DNA of 64,000 nucleotides from Paraspadella gotoi (lineage: Eukaryota; Animalia; Chaetognatha), in assembly GCA_051294375.1 (NCBI GenBank), contig CM119266.1:21403987-21467986 (forward strand), in the 5' to 3' direction. The notes beneath the pieces are model-generated. The model was not told the origin of the DNA. It made no database searches and saw only the letters and a program-made list of their open reading frames with translations. Made by a program: the position numbers and the translations under genes. This document shows, piece by piece, positions 54,600-64,000 of this stretch (its first letter is position 1; every line of letters begins with the position of its first letter).

Positions 54600-55728
54600 A
54601 AAAATAAAAAAAAAAAAAAAAAGAAAAAAAGGAAGAAATATGGTAGATAACAGTACGCTTTTCTCTAAGACTCCAACGAAGTTCAGGGAATGAATAACTT
54701 ATAAAGTTATCGTTATAAATGAGCTAAAGATTCGTAAAAAGATGAAGGAAATTTGCTCTATTGCCCACCTGATGGAAAATAATCAATTCAAAAATTTTTT
54801 GGCGCTAGGTCTTGATTTATTTTATTATTTTGTTTTGCTTCGTAAAAACAGTATTTCTTTTTTAATTTGTTTTATTTTTTGGATCCATATATCGACTAAC
54901 ATGCCCGCGACATATTGATGGTAATTTCAGGGAGGTATTTTAAAAAAAGCATAGGAAGTTATCAACATAAAAATCAGTTTAAAACTTTTTTTACTAAAAA
55001 TAGTCAAAATAATAACTCAAATTACGTGATGATTTAAAAAATATTGTAAAACGTGCACTTTAACCTAAAGACAACCCCAAATTAAAAAAAAAATATTACC
55101 ACATTAGAAAAACCATTACAAGATTAAAACATTTTGCCTTTTTTTGAAGATAATGCAAGTCCTATATTAAATTTTTCTGTCCAAGGCAAAGAGGGGATCA
55201 AGCTGATTCAAAATATATGTATATATAATAAGACTTTAAAAATTAACTTTGAGTAATATGACCCAATAACTGTTCAAAAATACCTAAAAAAACACAATTT
55301 TCAATCACTTATAAAAACTAGCCACCCTAAAAAATTATTAATTAAAATTTGTATCTGTAATTTTATACCACTTAAAGTTTAAATGAAGAAAACAGACTTT
55401 AAAATTTTTTGATTAGTTTCACAAGTTATTAACCAAAATGTGCAGTGTTAACACAAACAAGTTTAAGATTGAGAAAATAATTTTGTAGGGTAAAGATATT
55501 TATAACAGTAAAGCGTCGGGTCAATATTTACAGGACAAGTGCGAAAAAACAAAGACAAAGACATCCGTTTGAAAAGAGTGTGTGAAAAAGTAAGTGACGA
55601 GTAAGTGAGTTAGCAAGTGAGTGAGTGAGTGAGAAAAGAGAGAGGGGCAGAAATCAAAGGTTGCGCGTTGTTATTGCTGAAAGCTTACCAATGAAAATTA
55701 CTGGCCGGCGTTTTCTCATTAAGTTTTG

Positions 55729-55876
55729 CTTAGGGTTTTGGTTAGGGATAAGTTTAGATTGAGGGAATAATTTATGGATAGGGTTAGGATTAGGGTTAAG
55801 AATGAGGATTAAGGAAAGGGATAAGGATTAGAAAATCTGGTTTTAGGGATTAGCGTTGGATTAGGATAAGCAGTTA
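55729..55876 (+). repeat. Degenerate interstitial TTAGGG-like tract
   Basis: TTAGGG, GTTAGGG, ATAGGG, TTAGGA and TTTAGGG units interspersed over ~150 bp. Confidence 0.55.
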
Positions 55877-55997
55877 GAAAGAGAGAGAGAGAGAGAGAGC
55901 ATATCGAATATTGTTACCTATGTCTATGACAGTCTCTCTCTCTCTCTCTCTCTCTCCCTCTTCTTTTTCAATAGTTTGCCTATAATTTTACAAATTC

Positions 55998-56050
55998 TAT
56001 AAACCTTGATGATGGTTTGAATTACAAAAGCCGAAACATGTCCGTTTATA
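55998..56050 (+). ncRNA. Degenerate minimal type I hammerhead ribozyme motif (Penelope-like element type)
   Basis: TATAAAC-C-TTGATGA-T-[GGTTT-GAATTACAA-AAGCC]-GAAA-CATG-TC-C-GTTTATA followed by AATAAA. Helix I has 7 bp, helix II 5 bp, and helix III is minimal and palindromic. C3 is replaced by U and there is a C.C mismatch. Confidence 0.65.
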
Positions 56051-57074
56051 AATAAAAAAATGTTGTTGAATATCAAATCTTTTTTTTTGCATTATTTATC
56101 ATTAATTCGATTTTCTGATATGATAAAATGATTTACCAAAAAAGTTGGGGAGGACCGACGGACCGACAACGTGAGTAATAAGTAATGAACTAACAAAAGT
56201 CTGGTATAAATATTGTTAATGTGTTTATTAAAGATCGTAAAAATTTTAAAAAATTAATATTTATCTTATGGTTAAACGCATGGAAGCTATTTTATATCTT
56301 CCAAATACTATATAATGTCCAAATTTTTTTTTATTAAATTTAATTTTTTTAACGGATTCTGATAGAGATTGAAAAGTTAGAAGAAGGTTATTATTTTTTT
56401 TGGAAATTTTTGAAATTTTAATGATTTGTCAACTAAAATTAACAAAACTATTAAATTTAATGGATGATGATTATTGTTGATCTGTTTATTTTGCTCATCA
56501 TGATTCGCTTTCTACATTTGTCTACTCAAGCCTATCTGCCTTTCTATGCTCTTTACCTTTTCACGTTTCACAGAGAGACCAGTCACTGTGAGACCTCAAC
56601 CCGTCCTAAAACGACCTTTTTACAGGGACCTGAGGCACGTTGCCACTCAGTCACGTTTTGTCACCACTTGTAGCAGATCATGACGTCTTGTAACGTGGGC
56701 AATAGACTTGTGGTGTCCCACACTTCTGATGGACTTGTGGACAACTGACTGAGGCAGTGACAAAGAGGCTGACACCCTCCGACAAAGGGTCTCGGCGTCA
56801 CTCGAAACGGCGCCACCAAAGGGGCGCTGGATGCGGCCGCGCCCACTTCCGGCGACGAGGGAAGTTGACGGCAGTCTTCCCCAGTAATGGCGCGATGGGT
56901 CATAGGATGGAGATACACCTTGCAAGGCAGGCTGACTACTAGTTCCTCAACAATGATGATGATAATTTTTAAGGTTTTTCTCGGTAGACATTGTGTTAAT
57001 CCTTTCTTTTTTGTTGTTTTGTTGAATTAGAAGAAACGAAATTTTCGTGAACAACAAAATAATTTTATTAGCAT

Positions 57075-57125
57075 AAAATTTGGACATGTTTCGGCTTTGT
57101 CTTTCAAGCCTTCATCGGCATTTGA
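57075..57125 (-). ncRNA. Second degenerate minimal type I hammerhead motif of the same family
   Basis: Reverse complement AAATG-CCGATGA-A-[GGCTT-GAAAGACA-AAGCC]-GAAA-CATG-TC-CAAATTT, with AATAAA downstream. U4 is replaced by C and helix I is weak. Confidence 0.65.
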
Positions 57126-57159
57126 AAAAGACACAAAATTTTTTTTACAAACATTGAGT

Positions 57160-57206
<47 letters not shown>

Positions 57207-59379
57207 CAAAAAAGAATTTAGTAAGGGACAGTGGTCAGATGTGAAAATAGGTGAAGATGAGGACAGGGATGAAGAGTGAGTAAAAGTCTAATTTTTAACC
57301 CATTTATCATTAATATTTTTAAAAATTTGTAGTACTTACCTTTATCTAACTTTTTAATCTTTATCAGAATCTATTTTTTAAAAATTTTAATTTTTAAATA
57401 TTTAAAACTTTGTCTAATTTATTCAGTTGCCATAATATTATTTTATTTTTCTCTCAATCTCTCTCTCTACATCAATTTCTTAATCAATCTTTTTTTTTCT
57501 CCTTCAATTTCTCAATTTTTCTTTCTCTCCATCAAACTCTCACTCTCTCTTCCTTTCTCTTTATCAATTTCCCAATCAATCTTTCTTTCTCTCCATCAAT
57601 CTCACATTGAATATTTCATTCTTTCCATTAATCTCTCACTCATTATTTTTATTACTATTTCACACTGACCCACTTTTACACACCCCTCAATAACCTTAAC
57701 TAAAAAGCAGCGATGCAAATTTTTCAGACTTTGACAACAACAACTGGGGAATCGTTAATGATTAATGAAGCAAAGCGCTTAAATAATATTTTGGTCTTGT
57801 TATCTTTGTTAGATTATTTTCAAGACAGTCGACCTTACCTTATGGTAAGTTGCATAACAGGGTCCTTCTTTTTGTCTTTGCCGAGGCAGACGTTTGGAAC
57901 AAGAAAACTTTGAAAAGGGGCTATCTTATGGTGAACATAAAAGATTTAATTAATTCAATCATTTTCTTCCAAAATTTACCTACCATATTTATTTGACCAA
58001 TCATTAGCCTATTTTTATAAATTCTAACTGTGGATCTCGACAGAATGAATACTTATTGAGTATATAGATTATCCAGGAACTGACTGATCTATTAGATTTT
58101 TTTAATTAATAACGATCAAAATTTCATTGAAAGTTAAAAAAAAAAAGATTTCAAATTAAAAAAATATATCTTTTTCAATGTATATTCTTTTTTTTTGGGA
58201 AAGTGAGTGGTTGCAAGTTTTGGTTGTCTTAAAATTGTTGGTTATTTGGATTAGAATGCAAAATTTTATTGAATAATATTCATTCCATCAGTTTTTATTA
58301 AGCTTTAAAAAAAGGTTGATTTTTACAATTTTTTGTCACTTTGTAAATAAATATCTCTGTTTGTAAAAATATTTTTTAAATGTGAAAGTATATTTAGAAT
58401 CAGTATAGCTTCTACTTTTGGATGTACTGAGACAATTCAGATTTAAACATATATATTTAGCATTTCCTTTTTTTTGACAAATTATAAAAAGATTTTCATT
58501 AGTTAAACAAATTTTTTTTAATGATAAAGTAATCTTACAACAATCTCACGAGAGAGAGAATTGTTTGTATCCAAAATTTTTAAAATTGAACTCTTTTTAA
58601 AGGAACAATGGTATCATAGCTTTTTTACAACTTTTCAAAATAACATAAAAATTAGAAATAATTTTTTAATTTTTTTTACTCATTTTATAGCTTCAACTTA
58701 GGACGACTTTCAATAAAAATTTTAATTATTTTGGGTTAATGCTTTTAAGACTAGATGAGAAATAATTTTTAAAAAATTTAGGGCTTGGAGCGCAAAATTT
58801 TGAAATTTCTTAAAATCCGTCAGGTGGCAATAAACCGATTATTCCGCCATCTGATCCTCGAATATAAAGAAATTTTAGCCCATATTTCGAGAGTTATGAG
58901 AGCCTTGAACTTCGTGGAGTCTAGAGAAAAGTTACTGTAGTCTTAAAGGAAAAAATCCAGTCTTTTAGGAAAGTGTCTTTAAACAAATTGCTCTCCCTCC
59001 ACTTTTTAAGTCTCGGCTGTTGTAATGACTCTATATGACACTTTTGAGTCAGTCGCTTCGCCCTTCTTGGTCCATCTTGATATATTAATTTATTTTATTT
59101 ATTAAACAAAAAAAATTGTTTGAAAGGAATTAGTAAATTAAAATTTTGGATAATAAAATTATAGAGAGATGGAAAAATAACTTTTTATTAAAAATATGTT
59201 TATTATAAACAAACGGATATATTTGTTTTTAATGAAATGCCATGGTTTTTTGTCAAAAAATTTTCAATCTTAATGTAAGAAAGAGAAGAAAGCGCATGAT
59301 AATTATAATCTGAAATATTATTTTAATTTTATTTAAATTTAATTTTAAAAGTATTTTCATATAGCCAAGACTACTGGAA

Positions 59380-59550
59380 CGCACTTGTTTTTTTTCTCTC
59401 TCTCTCTCTTTTGATGGCGTTGTCGTCCGTTGGAGGGCGATTTAGCTTCGCGAGTGATCGGGGGTGGTAAATGGAGAGCGGCTTCCGCGGCTTCGGCGGA
59501 GTCCGCGGCGTCGGCGGCGTCAGCGGCGTCGGCGGCGTCAGCGGCGTCGA
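59380..59550 (-). other. Possible exon in a GC-rich island (9-bp GACGCCGCY repeats)
   Basis: Strong acceptor TTTTCTCTTTGTTCCAG ending at 59551 on the minus strand, followed by open low-complexity frames (TPLTPPTP... or DAADAAD...). No donor or homology identified. Confidence 0.2.
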
Positions 59551-60430
59551 CTGGAACAAAGAGAAAATGGGCGCCAGGGTGGATCCGCTGGAATTTGACG
59601 ACACGGGGTGGATCCCGGAAAAAAAAGGGGGGAAGGCGAGGGGGGAGGGACGAAGATTGAAGGGACCCCCTGATGAAGGCGAAGAAAGGAGGAAGAAAAA
59701 TAGGAAAGGGGAAAAAAAGCGACGCGGAGAGAAAATGGCGCCGAAACGGCGCCTAAAAACGGCGCCCAAATTGGCGCCTAAAAATTCCGTCGACTCCAAT
59801 TTTCGCTGGAATTCCTCGGGAGAAAGAAATTAGCGCTTTGTCTCATTTCTTTTTCTTTTTTTCTTTTTTTGTTTTTTTGTTTTTTTGTTTCCCAATCTCT
59901 GGAGAGAAAAAGAAGATTCGCTGTTTAAAATTATTCCAATTTTTATTTTTTAGGTTTTAATTGTGTTCCCCTTTTGTTTGCGGAGGGAATATATCGCGAC
60001 AACGACTGATGTTGCGTGGAATTTGGTGGGAGGCGTGGAGGGGGGGCGCTAGAGAGGAAATCGGGAGTGGAGGGGGAAGTCACTGTCCGTGTGTGAATCG
60101 GGAGGAAGGAAATCTTAGGCTCAACATTTTCCGAGAACTGGTTGGGATAAAAGGGGCATCGCACGAAAAAGTGCGTCATGAAATTCGTTGTTATATTATT
60201 TTAAGACTCACTAATGGATGCCCCCTCCCCCCCCACAATAGACGTCATCACCAGTGAACAACCTAGAATAAATTTCCCCCCCTAACGGCGCACTCTTTCC
60301 CCCAAAAACAACAAAAATCTTCTTTTTTTTTTATTTTTCCCTCGAATGGATTTCGTTTCGACGCGCGACGAAAGTTAAAATTTCCTCCTGCGGGGATGAA
60401 ATTCGGTTGTGGCGGCGAAGAGGGCACTGG

Positions 60431-60461
<31 letters not shown>

Positions 60462-60995
60462 GGCGGCAGCGGCTCGGCGGCGGCGGTGGCGGCGAATGAG
60501 GCGAAGACCTTGGCGGCGCCTGTACGAGCTTTTGGCGTCGGGAACGATGGTGGTGGCAGAGAAGAAAACATTTTGGCGAAAGCGACGGTGGCGCCAAAAT
60601 AAAAAAAGTCGACTAAAATTTGTTTTGACGTCGGCGGATCTGAGGATGCGTTTGAAGACGTTCTTGATTCTGGAAGATATTTTTTTAATGCGAAACCTAA
60701 AAATCATATTAACGGATATATTAGGCTATTACGTTAATACGTTATCACGATTTTCGTTTCTTGCCATTTTTTCCTCAAAAATTTGGGCGCCCTAAAAGGG
60801 ACGCTCGATGTCGCGTCGTCGATGGAAGAGGAACGGGTTGGACGAAGGGATCAGCGAAGTTGAGACTAAGACTGAAGTTAATAGGTGGCGTAGGGGGGGC
60901 GGGGGGGGGAACGGAGGGAGAAGAGATTTGATCAAGGGCGAATTTGGCGAGCTACGTGGTCCACCGGGACTCGGAATCGTTTGTGTGTGTGTGTG

Positions 60996-61079
<84 letters not shown>

Positions 61080-62679
61080 TTAGAATAAAACTAAAAAGTC
61101 ATGACGACGGATAGAATATTATTTTCATTTCCTTTATTCTTTGTTGACTTTCCAATTCTCTTGATTTATTTTTAGTTACCATTTTTATTTGAATTGTCGT
61201 TTTAATTCCACTTTCATGCAAATTTACTTTGCTTTCTATAATCTCGTAAAAAAAAGATTTATAGACCGGGAATTTGCGCCGTCAAGCATTCGTATTTCCA
61301 TAGCTCGAAATTCACCCACATTTTATTTTTTTTACATTCATTTTTTCGTTATTTATTTCTCTTTATCTTTTCAAAATGACTTTTATTTTAGCGTTTTCCC
61401 AAAAATCTCAAAATCTTAAAAAAAAAATTTTTTTCTGATAAAATGTAAACAAAAAAGAACTTTTTACATTCAACTTCTTACCCTCGAAACGTTTCGGTTC
61501 TGCAGATTCCACTCCAACGGCGCCAATCGAAGAGCTTCCTAATCGTGTCCTCGGTTGTCTGGCAATGAACCATTCGCCTCGTCGTTAGACCCTCGCTCTC
61601 GAGCTATCGAAGATGGCGCTTCTTCGTTGATGCGTTCAAACTGAAAAGTTGTCTTATATAGTTATAGACGTAATGTTTATGATTGAAGAAATTTAACTAC
61701 GCTAAGGTTTCTATTTTATATTCCGACTTCAAAGTTCAACTACCGACGAGAGTCTCGCCGCCACGATGCTATTAGAGCGATCAACCCCTTAACTCCCGCA
61801 ATATCAAGACGAATTAGCGTCGACGACTTGATTAATCGTCGAAATCCAAAGCTCGTTCATCAACGAAGCGAGGGAATCCCAGACTTAAAGATTTAAGTTC
61901 GTCTCTCTCATTAGCATTGTCTTCTGGTTCCATCCTCGGTGGCCACCGAAAAACTTTTCAACTCGTCGAGAAAAAAATAAAAAAAAATTTTCGGTAGATG
62001 GAGTTTTTTGAAGAGTTTGGAAGTTGTACCGGTGAAGATTAGCAAATTTAGTGACTTGAAAAAAAAAGGACAACGACGATCACTTTTAGAAAATTTCTTT
62101 TTTTAACTTTTAACTGTTTAACTGTTTACCGATTGAATTCCTTTATGGGCAACGGTACCAGACTTTTTTATCAAGGAAATTGACAAATTTTATTTTCAAA
62201 ATGTATTCGCTATTTTCTCCACTTATGACCCACGACTTTCTACGCTCACCCAGTAATGCTTTCTCTTCCCGTATCCACCTTACCCTCGTTCCCACCCACC
62301 CCGACCCCGATCACCCATTACTTCCCCGGTCAACACAACTCAAAGCGATTTTCGCCGCACGTGCAATCCGCAGCTGAATCCGCAATCTAATTTTTCACGA
62401 AGCAGAAAAAAAAGGGGGGGAGAGTAAATTGTCGAGTACATTTGATGTTTGCCATCTTGCGGCGCTCACGTTTTGCTGACGCTGGCGTCGGCGTCGTCAT
62501 CGTCGGCGGCGGCGTCGTCGGCGGTTGCGTCGTCGGCGGCGGCGTCGTCGGCGTTGTTGTCGTAGTCGTCGTCGTCGTCAGCGGCGGCGTCCTTGTCGGC
62601 GTCATTGCATACAGTGGTGGCCATTCTCCGCTCATTCAACTTTAATGCACCTCTTCGACTCCATCTATCATAGCTGGTT

Positions 62680-62773
<94 letters not shown>

Positions 62774-63959
62774 TTTTTCCTTTTTTTTTCTCGGTGATTG
62801 CTCTGAGCGTCAACAAAGGAGCATCGAGAATCAACCGAAACGATGAATGATGAACGAAAAAAGAGATCGTTTGATTTCGTTGATAACCTCGCCATCAGAG
62901 CCATCTAGCGAGATGGAGACGGAATTAAATAAAATATAGTTCATTCGAGAGATTTTTTTTATATAAACGAGCTAAGTTCGAGGCCAGAAAGGTTTTTATT
63001 ATTGTTTACATACAACGTCTTTTTTTATTTTGAATCAAAAAACGAACATGTTTATAATAAAAATCTTTCTTGCCTCAAACTTATCTCGGAACGCAACGAA
63101 TCGAAAGAAATAATAAGATAATGTCCTTAAACGAGCTGGAAAAAGGATCGTTAAAGTTTCTTGACACGCAACGTACATCCAGTATCTTGAACACCAACTC
63201 GGAAGCGAATACCCTGTAGTGACAGTTGTTTGGTAGAACCCCCTGTTAAATCCCGTCGCCGCTGTATGTAAACGAGGCGTCGACCGCCTAATCGGACGTG
63301 AAAGGATCGAGACAGGAATTGGGTTTGAAAAGCGAAACCCGAGGAGGCCCTTCCCTTCCACCCCCCCTCCCCTCGGCGGAAGGAGATGCCGGGAGATGTC
63401 GGCACCTGCCAAGCGAATTAACAACATCGGGGAATTTGAGAATTTCGATTTATAAAGAGAGAGGGAGAGAGAGGGAGAGAGAGAGAGAACCGCGCGAGTA
63501 TTCGTTCGTCATAATAAAGGTTTAATTGATAATTAGTGAATAATATATATATACATCAAACAATTCACAACTCAACTACCACACGTACTTAGCAGTTTTC
63601 CGATAGTAACAAAAGAATTTTCAGTCAATAGCAACGAATATAAAGTGCAAAATTGAATCGGCATTGAAAAAAAAAACACGTTTTAAAAATTTTAATGGAA
63701 AAGTTAAGCAATCGGGCGAGAGAACGTTGAGCCCTTCTCTCTCTTTTTTTCCCCATTAAATCGACGATGTTCGCTGCGAGCGGCTTCATTGTCTTCGTGA
63801 ATTGTGATTCCATTCACAGGTGAAGGGCGTGGCATTTCTAATCGTATAAAAGGCCTTCACACTCGGAATCACCGGCCACCGATCGTTTGAAAAGAACCGT
63901 AGGGAGAGCGCGTGACCATGGAAGGACGAAATGGAGGAATGGAAGTAGAGAGGGGGAGG

Positions 63960-64000
<41 letters not shown>

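Larger units (their letters stand above)
54651..58937. mobile_element. Pair of diverged inverted repeats with CAGTA termini; possible decayed Tc1/mariner-type element or two inverted copies of one element end
   Basis: Left CAGTACGCTTTTCTCTAAGACTCCAACGAAGTTCAGG...ATTGCCCACCTGATGGA...TTCAAAAATTTTTTGGCGCT vs the right end reverse-complemented TA-CAGTAACTTTTCTCTAGACTCCACGAAGTTCAAGG...ATTGCCACCTGACGGA...TTCAAAATTTTGCGCT. A TA flank is present on the right only. Confidence 0.55.

Noticed and set aside
63035-63900. Possible minus-strand exons near the right edge
   Set aside because: The frames are short, with no recognisable motif and no consistent splice path; they cannot be supported without transcript data.

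Overview
AT-rich eukaryotic, most likely animal, genomic DNA with spliceosomal GT-AG introns, abundant (AG/CT)n and (GAC/GTC)n microsatellites and about ten N-gaps. Two genes are well supported. One is a complete four-exon GT29 sialyltransferase (+, 20239-22601, about 443 aa, with sialylmotifs L, S, III and VS). The other is a class I SAM-dependent methyltransferase with at least three exons (-, 4511-~6047), broken by single-base indels that look like unpolished long-read errors. Two long low-complexity exons/ORFs (771-1950 -, 39552-41130 +) are unidentified. The most unusual signals are non-coding: a 406-bp-period element joining a tRNA-like Pol III promoter to a twister-ribozyme-like fold, with a second, promoter-less copy inside the sialyltransferase intron; two convergent degenerate minimal type I hammerhead motifs of the Penelope-like kind nested inside a Tc1/mariner-like inverted-repeat pair; a dense CACGTG E-box cluster; and a large inverted duplication. 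Two ~5 kb tandem duplications are probably assembly artefacts. Most short ORFs in the supplied track are microsatellite or gap translations. All structures were folded and aligned by eye, and no searches were run.
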